Virus record (IMG/VR): IMGVR_UViG_2651869695_000011
Reading direction: 5' to 3' (one strand)
Length of the DNA stretch: 40,258 bases
From: a virus
Lineage: Duplodnaviria > Heunggongvirae > Uroviricota > Caudoviricetes
The first letter of the stretch is position 1. Each line of letters opens with the position of its first letter. The notes beneath the pieces were generated by a model. That model ran no database searches and had not been told where the DNA came from. It worked only from the letters and a program-made list of their open reading frames with translations. Positions 19,304 to 28,523 of this stretch are shown here, one piece after another. Both the position numbers and the translations under genes were made by a program.

Positions 19304-19908
19304 CAGGACAACCTCGCAATGGTAAACTCGTCAACCGGTGGCTGTGGTTCCTGTGATTCATTCTGGCTATGCGAGCCAGCACTAAGAATCACGCGATTGT
19401 ACATATTGAGGGCAAACGTACCGAGGTCTGCATTCCCAGTCAGCGCCATGTTAATAGCTGCCGCAAGACGCCAGGCTAACGCCTCCATAAAAATGGCATC
19501 AAACATGTTCACATCTGTAACGCGAGAGACATACTTGAGCCATGCCTGAGGCTGGTCTGTGTAGATCAACTTTCCTGTTCCGTTGGTGTCTGCACCAACT
19601 TCGTACTGAACGCGCATTGGTGCTGCTGGATTGCGTACACCAGGAAGCATAATTTCAGTAATGCGCAGACAATCGGACGGGTACTGGTACGCATATTCCC
19701 AGTCAGGCGGTGGATTGCTCGTATCTGCAAGCGCCACGCGTTTGGTAGCAAAGTTCCAGTCAAAATCAGAAAGCACAGCATCACGGCAGGCCTCAAAGTG
19801 CAGCGAACATTCCCCCGCTTCCTTGCTGGCTTCCGTCAGGCTGTTAATGCTGCGGCTATTGCCAATATTGGACAGCGCGCGATTGCAGATCTCTACTACA
19901 GAGGCCAT
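19303..19908 (-). CDS. Tail tubular protein A (T7 gp11-like gatekeeper)
   Basis: 201 aa; N-terminal EICNRALSNIG...WNF pattern as in T7 gp11; canonical position before gp12-like gene. Confidence 0.65.
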   Translation of the reverse strand: MASVVEICNRALSNIGNSRSINSLTEASKEAGECSLHFEACRDAVLSDFDWNFATKRVALADTSNPPPDWEYAYQYPSDCLRITEIMLPGVRNPAAPMRVQYEVGADTNGTGKLIYTDQPQAWLKYVSRVTDVNMFDAIFMEALAWRLAAAINMALTGNADLGTFALNMYNRVILSAGSHSQNESQEPQPPVDEFTIARLS

Positions 19909-20231
19909 TACTCCCCCCCATTGCCGTACAGAGTTTCAGCCGCTGATTTTCCTACATCACCGGAAACAGGAGCGATAGCCATATCAGTGATCTGCAGATC
20001 GGCGCTGCGATTAACACCATCGTCAGTTTCTCTGGCAGACAGGCCTCGAATAACAGCCTTTGCAGTTATCATCACTTCTGTTCCGACGCCCTGAGGTTGC
20101 GCCTTCAGCTTATTCAATGTGTCGTTATTCAGCGTGATGCACAGCCCCCACGGGTATTCATCGCGAGTTCTGGTTTCTCCGCTCTCATCCTGGTAGCTGT
20201 CAGTGCCTGTTTTGAGGTTTACGAGTTCCAT
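19908..20231 (-). CDS. Hypothetical virion-module protein
   Basis: SD AGGAG 5 nt upstream of ATG at 20229-20231; overlaps gp11-like start. Confidence 0.4.
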   Translation of the reverse strand: MELVNLKTGTDSYQDESGETRTRDEYPWGLCITLNNDTLNKLKAQPQGVGTEVMITAKAVIRGLSARETDDGVNRSADLQITDMAIAPVSGDVGKSAAETLYGNGGE

Positions 20232-20281
20232 ATACACTCCTGCAATAAAGGGGCCGAAGCCCCTTGTCTGATTCGCGAGGC

Positions 20282-20617
20282 TTACACGCCCAGTTCTTTA
20301 CGCTTATCTGCGATCTTCTCGCGGAGCGTTTCGGCTTTGGCGTTATGGTGTGGCTTCTCGTTAAAGAGCAATTCGTACTCTTCACGGAGCTTATCCAGTT
20401 CACCATCATCTGACACATCGTTGATGATTTTGGTGCTGGTTGCTGCCATTGACACCTTTCCTGCAACTTTTGCTTTTGCCTGTCTGGCTGCATCGTTAAC
20501 AGGTTCCAGTGCGCTACCAGGCTCACCTTCGTATTCGATTTCTGCCCCCTCCGGCCACAGAGTGTTATGGATATGAGAGAGGCGCAGAACGCGGTATCTT
20601 GGTTTCTCACCTGACAT
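20282..20617 (-). CDS. Hypothetical virion-module protein
   Basis: SD AAGGTGA upstream of ATG 20615-20617; followed on minus strand by GGGGCTTCGGCCCC hairpin (possible attenuator). Confidence 0.4.
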   Translation of the reverse strand: MSGEKPRYRVLRLSHIHNTLWPEGAEIEYEGEPGSALEPVNDAARQAKAKVAGKVSMAATSTKIINDVSDDGELDKLREEYELLFNEKPHHNAKAETLREKIADKRKELGV

Positions 20618-20627
20618 CGATATCACC

Positions 20628-21065
20628 TTAACCAGTTACTTTTGAGCGGATCGGATACGGCGTATTGGCATCAACATCAAGACTGATACCAGCAGTGAAT
20701 TCGCCAGCCGTTAGTGGGCCAGTTGCGACGGAGTAGTTAACACGCAGATATCGCTGAACACCGGCAGGCACCTTTGCAGAAACAACTCGTTTACCTGCTG
20801 TCAGGGCGGTCTTTGCCAGTGCGCCACTATCATAAATAGTGGTCCATGAGCTGTTATTCTCACTCGTCTGCAACTGGATGTTTACAGTTGCATCACCGCT
20901 TGCCGCGGCGGCTGTGTTAACCAGCGCCCAAAACTCAAGCGGGTAACCCACGCCGATATCACGATGTTTTCCGTCAATTGGACCGAGATCGATTACGTCA
21001 GTAGAAGCCGCGGTATTCGTAACCGCCTGAGCTTCGGAGAACATCAACAGTTTGTCGGTGATCAT
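20628..21065 (-). CDS. Putative capsid decoration/minor capsid protein
   Basis: 145 aa beta-rich protein immediately after major capsid gene; SD GGAGAAAG upstream; positional inference only. Confidence 0.4.
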   Translation of the reverse strand: MITDKLLMFSEAQAVTNTAASTDVIDLGPIDGKHRDIGVGYPLEFWALVNTAAAASGDATVNIQLQTSENNSSWTTIYDSGALAKTALTAGKRVVSAKVPAGVQRYLRVNYSVATGPLTAGEFTAGISLDVDANTPYPIRSKVTG

Positions 21066-21116
21066 CTTCTTTCTCCATTAGTGGGTCTGTTACGACCCAC
21101 AGGTTAATAACAGGCG

Positions 21117-22109
21117 TTACACCACGCGGGCTTCTGTTTCCAGAAGCGCATCAGTCTCACGGATTGGTACACCACGGAATGAAGTCCACCACTCGCCTTC
21201 TGTCTCTTTTACGCTGATCGCCAGAGATGTTTTCTCCAGAGATTGCAGATCAAGAGCCTGGCCTACAGTGCGGTTCATGTAGAACACCGGGCGGCCCATG
21301 CCACGGTTTGGAATGCGATGCAGTGCTTTAACCATCAACTTCGCAATATTTGCTGCAGAGGAAGGTTCTGAAAGATTGCTGACATCAATGTTTGCAATGC
21401 GAACAACATAACGCCAGTCACGCAGAGCAAGCCCGTTGTCCCATTTGTAATGGGTACGGTAGCCTTCGTACTTGCCGCCATTCGCATCTTCCAGTGTCAC
21501 CTGGCCTTTATCTTCCATCTGGATGCCAGCCTTCTTCCCTTTCGGGAAGATGCCATGCACGGTGTTTTCGCCCCACACTACTAACCAGATTGAGGTGTTA
21601 TCTGTACCCGTACCACCAGCATCAATGATGTTCTGAGCATTACCCGCAGACAGGCTGGAATAGCGGGAGGACAGTCCCATAAACTGCTGAGGGTTAACGC
21701 TGGAATCACCATAAAACAGTGTCTGCGCCATCTGCTGATTCATCGCTTCAATAAATGCGCGGTCTTCAGACAGGCGGAATTCGGCGGTATTACCGTTCAG
21801 ATCAGCCAGTGACTTATCGACTTCAGCATAGGTTTCCAGCATGCCAACGGAATCGGTTACCTGCACTGTGGTTGATTTGCTTGGCTGTACGCCATAGTTC
21901 AGCAAACGCCAGGTAGCTGAAGGTAAACCAGAACGAATGGTGGTTCGGTGTCCGGTAGGAAGGTTCCCTTCGACAAAAGGCATATCCTGAAGGATCGGGT
22001 TAGTTTGACCGAGAAGCTCGATAATCTTATCGACTTTCCCGTTTGGATCGACGCGCTTACCCCAGTCAGCCAGCGTTAGCGCAGTTAAGCCTTTAACAGC
22101 CATTGTCAT
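21117..22109 (-). CDS. Major capsid protein
   Basis: 330 aa between scaffold and tail-tube genes; size and composition of an HK97-fold podovirus coat protein; positional plus compositional call. Confidence 0.75.
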   Translation of the reverse strand: MTMAVKGLTALTLADWGKRVDPNGKVDKIIELLGQTNPILQDMPFVEGNLPTGHRTTIRSGLPSATWRLLNYGVQPSKSTTVQVTDSVGMLETYAEVDKSLADLNGNTAEFRLSEDRAFIEAMNQQMAQTLFYGDSSVNPQQFMGLSSRYSSLSAGNAQNIIDAGGTGTDNTSIWLVVWGENTVHGIFPKGKKAGIQMEDKGQVTLEDANGGKYEGYRTHYKWDNGLALRDWRYVVRIANIDVSNLSEPSSAANIAKLMVKALHRIPNRGMGRPVFYMNRTVGQALDLQSLEKTSLAISVKETEGEWWTSFRGVPIRETDALLETEARVV

Positions 22110-22117
22110 TTCCTCTC

Positions 22118-22813
22118 TTATTTGCCATAGAGCACTTCGGCCGCACTACGCTGGCCTTCATTACCACCGGTGACCATGCCATCTTCAGACATCGCCTTTC
22201 CGATTTTCACGAACGTTTTGACCAGATCAGGGTGATTACCCAGCCCGGTGGTGTTCAGATATTCTTTGAGTTCAGGTGTCCCGAACTGGTCAAGCGCACG
22301 CTGTGCGGCGCTAAGGTTAGAAATCAACTTGTCGCCACCGATTTCTTTATCAGCTTTTACATCCGCAGCCCACTGCTCGGTTGTTTTCTGCCAGGCTTCT
22401 GCCTGGCGCTGCTGAACACCTGCCAGAATCTTCGGATAAGCATCAACCAGCTTTTGCGCTTGCTCGTTGGTCAGGTTTAGTTCTCGCGCCACCGGCTCGA
22501 ATTCCTTCAACGCTTCTGTATCCAGCTCTACGCCTTCGGCAGCCTGAAACTCGTACTTCTCCGGCGCACCATCCGGTTTATCGCCGTCCTTTTTTTCACC
22601 CTGCTTATCGCTTTCAGGCTTTTTGTCATCAGCAGGTTTATCGCCATCAGCAACAGGTTGCGGCTTATCACCTTCTTGTTGTGATGGATCACCAACTGGA
22701 GCATGGTTATCACCTGCAGGCGCTGATGGTTCTGACGCAGCCGGAGCTGCTCCACCATCGACTGGTTGCTCATTGCAAAGACGGCGATACAGCAAACGCT
22801 CAAATAAATTCAT
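22118..22813 (-). CDS. Scaffolding protein
   Basis: Acidic, Pro/Ala/Asp/Lys-rich low-complexity N-half and helical C-half, between portal and capsid; start set at ATG 22811-22813 with SD AGGAG. Confidence 0.6.
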   Translation of the reverse strand: MNLFERLLYRRLCNEQPVDGGAAPAASEPSAPAGDNHAPVGDPSQQEGDKPQPVADGDKPADDKKPESDKQGEKKDGDKPDGAPEKYEFQAAEGVELDTEALKEFEPVARELNLTNEQAQKLVDAYPKILAGVQQRQAEAWQKTTEQWAADVKADKEIGGDKLISNLSAAQRALDQFGTPELKEYLNTTGLGNHPDLVKTFVKIGKAMSEDGMVTGGNEGQRSAAEVLYGK

Positions 22814-22815
22814 GA

Positions 22816-23112
22816 TCACTCCTGTTCACTGGCCTCTTTGGCCATCTTCAAATACTGTTCAGGGCAATGCGCCATAACGCGCTGAAACAGCTCCAGCGCC
22901 AGATTGCGTTGCCCCTCATTAAATGCCATTGCCATAGCATCCATCGGAGAGATAGCGGAAAACACCCGGCCTTTCTCCAGCACAGACCAGACAACGCGAC
23001 GCCCCTGTTCACTGCTCATGACAAAGCGAATGTCATCAATTTCACGCTGTGCCATGTCACGTTGCTTACGGGCGTTTTCTTCTTTCAGTTGATCGTCTTC
23101 GTAATCTGTCAT
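22816..23112 (-). CDS. Hypothetical head-module protein
   Basis: 98 aa, overlapping stop/start with portal and scaffold genes. Confidence 0.45.
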   Translation of the reverse strand: MTDYEDDQLKEENARKQRDMAQREIDDIRFVMSSEQGRRVVWSVLEKGRVFSAISPMDAMAMAFNEGQRNLALELFQRVMAHCPEQYLKMAKEASEQE

Positions 23113-24788
23113 TGTGATTGCCCACCCTGACCACTAACTGCATTCGCCATAGCTGACAAAACACTCGGATCCGAAGTTTTAGCTTCGCTTAGCGTCTTGG
23201 CACCCTGTGCCGCCGCCATCCCCATCGCCATCATTTGTTGCTGCTGTTGTTGCTGTGCCCGTTGCTGGCGAGCCTGCTCAACCTGTTCCTGCGGAACAAT
23301 GACGGTTGGAGACACTCCAGACATATCAGCGAATGCATCGATCGCCTGATCAACGTTGAGTTTGTCGAGAGCTTCTGGTTTCGCTTGCGCAAGTTGACCA
23401 ATGAAGTTAACCGTGGACGCCAGACTGGACAGGCCGATAGACTTCTGCGCCTGAGCCATGACGGAAATGTATTCGACCTTCAGGGGCATGCCTTCCATCG
23501 CGTCAGGCGGTGGCGGCAACATGTTTTTACGCACCATCATCGAGAAAGCGCGGTCAATGAGAGGATTAAGACATTCGTCGTTCAGACGCTCCAGAACCGG
23601 CCCCAACATCAGAAGTTTTTCTTCTTTCATTTCGATCACCGCTTCAACAGGCATCGAGCGGGTATTGATGTTCTGCAACATCATGAACAGATCGACAAAG
23701 TAGGCGCTGTTAATGATTTGACGAGTGTCCTGAATGTCTGCCACCAAATCTGCTGTACTGGGGTTAACCAGATAAGCAGGCCTGAAGCCATCCTGACCAG
23801 TAATCTGATCGATATACGTGATGTCGCCAGGAAGAAGGGAGGCGCGCTGATTCTTGAGGGAAGTCGGAGCAACCATCGGAGGATTGGTGGCTTTATCAAT
23901 CAACTGCGACTTGCGCTTCTGGAGAAGCTGCAATGCCTTAACAGGTCCAAGCGCCAGCATACCCGGGCATGATGATCCATAAACATCTTCGCCGTTAACT
24001 TCCCAGCGCGGAGCCATAATTGGAAACTCATCGAATCCGGACTCACGCAACAACTTGTCGTTATCGCCACCAACCTCGTAATAAACCGATTTGAATGGCT
24101 TGTTCTTGCTATCCAGCTTCGATGTATCGCGGTCAATGTTCGGATAAACCGAATGCATCACTTCAATCCACTTCTCGTAGGTGCCGCTTTCCCACATGCT
24201 TTTTACGGATTCGCTGACGTTATTTAGTCCGAATTCCTGAACAAGCTGACGAACAGTCATAGAGAACTTGCGAAAACAGGTGTCCACACTGCCACGAGGT
24301 GAGTTAGCCAGGTAGTAACTTCCTATCGGGAATGGCATTGTACGAATGATGTCCTCGTCATCCTCCAGCACCGCCATTGCACCGGTGCTGTATGTGCCGA
24401 GGCTTCCGTATAACTGCGGCAGCGACTGATAGAGATTCGACTTATTGAACATATCGTTCATGCGGTTCTGCACTGCCTCAAGCCACAACTTAACAGGGCC
24501 ATAATCCATCATTTCAGGATCTGGCGTAGCCAGGCGAAACCACGGACGCACGGGGCTTGTGATGCCTGACATCATGCCGCTGGCGAGAGTGCGCGCCGCC
24601 ATAGTCCCAGTCGAATCAATAATGCGTGTATTGCGTCGATCGTTACGGTTGACCTCAGAAGTCAGAAAGCGGGAACCACGCGGGTTGATGTAATCACTCA
24701 ACTCGCGCCAGTGCGGCTCGAACGACTGACGCTCGCTTTCAAGTTGTGCGAACTGTTTGTTCAATCGCTCTTTAGTTGTTTCCGCCAT
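23109..24788 (-). CDS. Portal (head-to-tail connector) protein
   Basis: 559 aa; canonical position after terminase; Gln-rich C-terminal tail as in podovirus connectors; SD GGAG upstream. Confidence 0.8.
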   Translation of the reverse strand: MAETTKERLNKQFAQLESERQSFEPHWRELSDYINPRGSRFLTSEVNRNDRRNTRIIDSTGTMAARTLASGMMSGITSPVRPWFRLATPDPEMMDYGPVKLWLEAVQNRMNDMFNKSNLYQSLPQLYGSLGTYSTGAMAVLEDDEDIIRTMPFPIGSYYLANSPRGSVDTCFRKFSMTVRQLVQEFGLNNVSESVKSMWESGTYEKWIEVMHSVYPNIDRDTSKLDSKNKPFKSVYYEVGGDNDKLLRESGFDEFPIMAPRWEVNGEDVYGSSCPGMLALGPVKALQLLQKRKSQLIDKATNPPMVAPTSLKNQRASLLPGDITYIDQITGQDGFRPAYLVNPSTADLVADIQDTRQIINSAYFVDLFMMLQNINTRSMPVEAVIEMKEEKLLMLGPVLERLNDECLNPLIDRAFSMMVRKNMLPPPPDAMEGMPLKVEYISVMAQAQKSIGLSSLASTVNFIGQLAQAKPEALDKLNVDQAIDAFADMSGVSPTVIVPQEQVEQARQQRAQQQQQQQMMAMGMAAAQGAKTLSEAKTSDPSVLSAMANAVSGQGGQSQ

Positions 24789-24802
24789 TTCAATGACTCC
24801 GG

Positions 24803-25009
24803 TTACTGGCCAAGCAGCGTTTTACCGCTGGTATTAGCGGTTGATGTGTCGCCCTGAGAACCGGTAAGCAGCGTAGAACTACGACCAGCAGCAGCGCGAC
24901 GGCGACGAGTTTCTTCGTCGCGGGCATCAACAACGGCGGCATCCTGCTCCTGTGGTGCTGCCTGAACTTCTGGTGTTGCAGGCACTGACGGTGAGCTACC
25001 CATGCACAT
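24803..25009 (-). CDS. Small acidic protein preceding portal
   Basis: 68 aa; translation-initiation region GGAGTCATTGATATG nearly identical to portal TIR GGAGTCATTGAAATG. Confidence 0.4.
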   Translation of the reverse strand: MCMGSSPSVPATPEVQAAPQEQDAAVVDARDEETRRRRAAAGRSSTLLTGSQGDTSTANTSGKTLLGQ

Positions 25010-25033
25010 ATCAATGACTCCGTACGCAATTAA

Positions 25034-25113
25034 ATTATTACCAATTTAACCACATATGATTTATTTATCGTAGATAGTTGACATTTAACGCATGAATTAT
25101 TACCTTTAAGGTA
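25034..25113. promoter_or_regulatory. Bipartite upstream element of the head operon / tRNA promoter region: ATTACC-AATTTAACCACATATG, TTGACA, palindrome TTACCTTTAAGGTAA
   Basis: AACCACATATG at 25047-25057; TTGACA at 25077-25082; palindrome at 25099-25113. Confidence 0.45.
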
Positions 25114-25436
25114 AGCAAAGAGTTCATTCCGGTTACTAACCTGACTGGCTTGTCGTTAAATTGAACAGGTGGAGTGAGCTTTTATTTTGAGCAGTACGGC
25201 GTATGGCACATGCGCCGATAGCGGTCTGGATACGTTTAAGGGGCACCCTCCCTTGCTCGGGCAAACGAACCAGCTAGCCGGAATGTGCAAGTCGAGCGGT
25301 TTTATTCCGCGCACGGGGATTCACCATCCCGGCGATTCGGTGTGACGCCTCGGAAGAGACGAGGGTACAACGATGAGAGCATTTATGGAGCCGCGACAAA
25401 GTGTGGCGCCTTAACAGGCTAAGTGCTCTCAGCGTT

Positions 25437-25513
25437 GTGGCATTAGCTCAGTTGGACAGAGCAACCGCCTTCTAAGCGGTTGGTCGCAGGTTCGAATCCT
25501 GCATGCCGCGCCA
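25437..25513 (+). tRNA. tRNA-Arg (anticodon UCU)
   Basis: Cloverleaf by hand: acceptor GTGGCAT/ATGCCGC (one U-G pair), D-arm GCTC-AGTTGGACA-GAGC, anticodon arm ACCGC-CTTCTAA-GCGGT, T-arm GCAGG-TTCGAAT-CCTGC, discriminator G, encoded CCA; close to enterobacterial argU. Confidence 0.85.
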
Positions 25514-25556
25514 GAATCACGCCTAAGGACCGTGATGCCAGAAGTTCCAGGGGCTT

Positions 25557-25598
25557 GGCGGTGATGGTTTCCCTTGAAGGACTATCACCGCCCTTTTT
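25557..25598 (+). terminator. Rho-independent terminator after tRNA
   Basis: GGCGGTGAT...ATCACCGCC 9-bp stem followed by CTTTTT. Confidence 0.6.
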
Positions 25599-25676
25599 AC
25601 AGCAGGACGCCATTGCGATGACTTCATGCTGTAAACCCGTACAGCCACGGAAGGCATAACTCATTGCTTCCAGTTC

Positions 25677-25700
25677 GCCCGGTTCGCCGGGCATTTTTTT
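25677..25700 (+). terminator. Second hairpin/terminator immediately before the SD of the moron gene
   Basis: GCCCGG-TTCG-CCGGGC followed by ATTTTTTT, ending 1 nt before SD AAGGTGAG. Confidence 0.55.
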
Positions 25701-25711
25701 AAGGTGAGATT

Positions 25712-26068
25712 ATGAGCGACCAGCAAATCGAAAAAGAAATCGTTGAGAAAGGCAAAACCGCTCCGCGAGTTACGCCTCAATATATCGAAAGCATCATTCT
25801 TGAAGAGCATTTCTTTACTGCTTATGACGGCATTCGTGCTGCCAATATGGGCGTTGGCGATTCATGGACAGCGCATAAATCTACAGACCTCCTGACTTTC
25901 TGCGTATTGGTACTGAAGAATGGCTTCACCGTCACCGGAGAGAGTGCCTGTGCAAGTCCGGAAAACTTTGATGCGGAAATTGGTCGGAAGATTGCCCGGC
26001 AGAATGCTGTAAACAAAATCTGGATGCTCGAAGGTTACTTGCTGAAGCAGAAGTTAAGCGAGCAATAA
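25712..26068 (+). CDS. Hypothetical moron protein (118 aa) between tRNA and terminase
   Basis: SD AAGGTGAG 3 nt upstream of ATG; opposite strand to flanking late genes; bracketed by terminators. Confidence 0.55.
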   Translation: MSDQQIEKEIVEKGKTAPRVTPQYIESIILEEHFFTAYDGIRAANMGVGDSWTAHKSTDLLTFCVLVLKNGFTVTGESACASPENFDAEIGRKIARQNAVNKIWMLEGYLLKQKLSEQ

Positions 26069-26072
26069 CACC

Positions 26073-26084
26073 GTGACATGTCAC
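26073..26084. repeat. 12-bp perfect palindrome GTGACATGTCAC (copy 2 of 3)
   Basis: Exact 12-mer 5 nt after the moron gene stop, preceded by ATAACACC as in copy 3. Confidence 0.6.
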
Positions 26085-26088
26085 AAAC

Positions 26089-26116
26089 AGCCAGCCTATG
26101 AGCTGGCTTTGTTTTA
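26089..26116 (+). terminator. Rho-independent terminator of the moron gene
   Basis: AGCCAGC-CTATGA-GCTGGCT followed by TTGTTTT. Confidence 0.6.
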
Positions 26117-26158
26117 TCCTCACCAGAGGATATCAACGACATTATCCCCACCAGCGGA

Positions 26159-27634
26159 TTAAGCATAGGGATCGTAATCTGTGATGGCCTTGCCTTGCTG
26201 GTTCTGCTGACCGGGAATTCGCAGACGCTTCGACACAGGGAACGCAAACGTCAGCAGTAGCGCATCGCCTTTACCAGGAGAACGCCCAAGTCGCTCTTTG
26301 ATATCTTCCTTCGGTTCGATAACGATTTTACCGTCCACTCGAACTTTGTACTCTGCTGCCGACAGGTCGTCCGCTGTTTCCTGGTCATCAAGCATGCCGC
26401 CCAGCCTCAGCCATGTCTTGCATGAGTTGAACATCTCCCCACGCTTGTTGAGCATCTGCGGGTCAGTAGACGCGCCACCGAACGGAACAAGTTGCCATGT
26501 ACGACCCCAGCCGTCACCGATTGACTTCAGACCAGTTCCGTAACCGAAGTCGATGAACACTGCGTCAGCCTGGTACTGGTCTTCAAAGTCAGCGATACGC
26601 TTCGCCATAATCAGATCGTCAGTGGTCTTGTTGCCGGTCCACAGCACCTTACTATGCAGCCCCTGCCGCAGGTATATCACAGCGTCATCAACACCGGAGT
26701 ATGCCGGGTCAACGCCGATTATCACCGGAGCATGTGCCACCTGCGCAGCGGTTATCACCCGTTTCATTGCCTCGTCAGTAAGTCCGGTAGGGATAAACTG
26801 CAATTCAGATGCATCAGGGAATATTCCGCGCACACGGATTTTAACGAAGTCACTGTCTTCCCCGTAGTCATCAACCCATTTCTGCAACTGCTGTTTGTTG
26901 GTGCCTTCCACCGTCCGGCTGTCAATCTGCGCAGTTTTCCAGCGGTGTTTATACTTGCGGAAACATTCACGGAATCGCCCGGTATTACGCGTCGGGTTTC
27001 CGAACGCCACCCAAATAATCTCAGTGTCTTCGTCCGTAAGCGCACCCTCGGCAACTTCCCACACCAGATCCGCAATGTTCGACGCTTCATCGAATACCAC
27101 GATGATGCGTTTGCGCTCGTTGTGTAGTCCTGCGAATGCCTCAGTGTTGTGCTCAGACCAGGGGATTGCGTCAGCTCGCCACCGCTTGTCGTGTCCAGGA
27201 TCATTGCTGTACATCGCGGTAGCGGTGCAGGTGAACCAGTCTTTCGTGATAGCAAGGTTCGACCACTTGATAATTTCAGGCCAGGTCTTCGTTCGTAGCT
27301 GGTTGTCGGTGTTGGCGGTCACCACGACCTTACAATCCTCGCAAGTGGACATGCCCCAGTTGATCAGCATTGAGATGAATGCGGATTTACCAATACCGTG
27401 ACCCGAAGCACGTGCCAGCATAAGCGGCTGATAGCGCGTCTCTGGATTCTGCAGGTGATCACGTATCTCTCGGAACGCATCAGCCTGCCACTGACGTGGA
27501 CCTGTGGCATGTGCTAATTCAGTCCCCTCTTCCCCCCACGGGAACGCATAGAGGGCATAGCCAAGCGGATCGTGAGTGAACCCTGCAATATCCTCGATCA
27601 ACTGCTCTTCAGGAGATAACGCTGTATCTGTCAC
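26159..27634 (-). CDS. Terminase large subunit
   Basis: Walker A ARASGHGIGKS and Walker B IIVVFDEAS in N-terminal ATPase; acidic nuclease-domain residues in C-half; overlaps small-subunit stop. Confidence 0.9.
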   Translation of the reverse strand: MTDTALSPEEQLIEDIAGFTHDPLGYALYAFPWGEEGTELAHATGPRQWQADAFREIRDHLQNPETRYQPLMLARASGHGIGKSAFISMLINWGMSTCEDCKVVVTANTDNQLRTKTWPEIIKWSNLAITKDWFTCTATAMYSNDPGHDKRWRADAIPWSEHNTEAFAGLHNERKRIIVVFDEASNIADLVWEVAEGALTDEDTEIIWVAFGNPTRNTGRFRECFRKYKHRWKTAQIDSRTVEGTNKQQLQKWVDDYGEDSDFVKIRVRGIFPDASELQFIPTGLTDEAMKRVITAAQVAHAPVIIGVDPAYSGVDDAVIYLRQGLHSKVLWTGNKTTDDLIMAKRIADFEDQYQADAVFIDFGYGTGLKSIGDGWGRTWQLVPFGGASTDPQMLNKRGEMFNSCKTWLRLGGMLDDQETADDLSAAEYKVRVDGKIVIEPKEDIKERLGRSPGKGDALLLTFAFPVSKRLRIPGQQNQQGKAITDYDPYA

Positions 27635-28224
27635 TGATTACCATCCTGACGTTCTTTGAGTCGCTTCCTGGCTGCCGCTATGCGATCAGCAATTGTCACA
27701 TTCACATTAACATCCAGGCGTTCTTTGAATGCGTTGACGTCGACGTGCTTACCAATCAGTTCGAGGTTCTTCACCTTGTCAGGCCATTTAATTTTTTTGA
27801 GGATTGTCTCTATCGAATCCTCGTTCATGTTCATGATGGTCGATGACAGATCAAAGCCACTAAGCGTAGTGCGCCAGATTTTCGGCCACTCACGGATTGG
27901 TTTAAGGCTCCCATCGTCGTTGAGGATATCGATCACGTCCATCTGGTCGATCTCCACTAGGCGCATGAGAACGTAATCAGCACTGACGCGCATTCGTTTG
28001 TTGCGCTCCTCCATCAACTCGGCAATCCGTTTTTGAATGCGTTCATCGCGCATCATGACACAGGCTTTAACTGCCGCTGTATTTGGGGAGAATCCTGCGT
28101 TAATCGCTGCCTGAGTCTGGTTTTCAGGCGTTTTGATGTATGACTGGCAATAAGCCTCCTGCATTGCTGTTAGTGGCTTAAATTGCGTTGATTTGCGTTT
28201 ATAGGTTTTAGGTTCAGCAGGCAT
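27631..28224 (-). CDS. Terminase small subunit
   Basis: Terminase-small-like segment LTAMQEAYCQSYIKTPENQTQAAINAGFSPNTA; start uncertain: ATG pair 28222-28227 after SD GGTGG preferred; ORF-track TTG at 28305 (overlapping upstream stop) possible. Confidence 0.65.
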   Translation of the reverse strand: MPAEPKTYKRKSTQFKPLTAMQEAYCQSYIKTPENQTQAAINAGFSPNTAAVKACVMMRDERIQKRIAELMEERNKRMRVSADYVLMRLVEIDQMDVIDILNDDGSLKPIREWPKIWRTTLSGFDLSSTIMNMNEDSIETILKKIKWPDKVKNLELIGKHVDVNAFKERLDVNVNVTIADRIAAARKRLKERQDGNQ

Positions 28225-28301
28225 CATAACCACCGTGGTAATAGTTACCGTTGTGGTAATAGTACCATGCAAAATAAAGCCGCCATAGTTGGCGGCAGTA
28301 T

Positions 28302-28514
28302 TCAAAGTCCATCAAATTCATCGTAAAAACTCTCGTCAAGATACCCTTCCCATTTACCGCGAATGAAAATTACATCCTCGCCGCAAGGGTGCTGACTGTC
28401 GATAACTATATCCCTCCTGGCGCAACCATACTTATGCATGAGAAATTTAACCTCTTTCGGAAAATTTGCTGAGTTATCTCTCATATCTTCAAGGTCGTAG
28501 CGTATTTTTGGCAT
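28302..28514 (-). CDS. Hypothetical small protein (70 aa)
   Basis: ATG 28512-28514 with SD GAAGGTG; the GTGACATGTCAC palindrome lies immediately upstream of this SD. Confidence 0.4.
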   Translation of the reverse strand: MPKIRYDLEDMRDNSANFPKEVKFLMHKYGCARRDIVIDSQHPCGEDVIFIRGKWEGYLDESFYDEFDGL

Positions 28515-28523
28515 AACACCTTC

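Noticed and set aside
9117-23972. Numerous plus-strand ORFs inside the virion module (e.g. 9944-10279, 11072-11713, 11500-12324, 18860-19549, 23235-23972)
   Set aside because: Antisense to long minus-strand genes with clear motifs or tight operon organisation; GC-rich antisense frames commonly stay open by chance.
25437-25513. tRNA-Arg as the prophage attachment site
   Set aside because: Phage late genes (terminase to the right, portal to the left) flank it in conserved order and the integrase is 14 kb away at the element end; more parsimonious as phage-encoded tRNA.
25443-25694. 83-aa minus-strand ORF
   Set aside because: Overlaps the tRNA-Arg gene and both downstream terminator hairpins; antisense artefact.
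26298-27401. Plus-strand ORFs inside terminase large subunit gene
   Set aside because: Antisense to a gene with unambiguous Walker A/B motifs.
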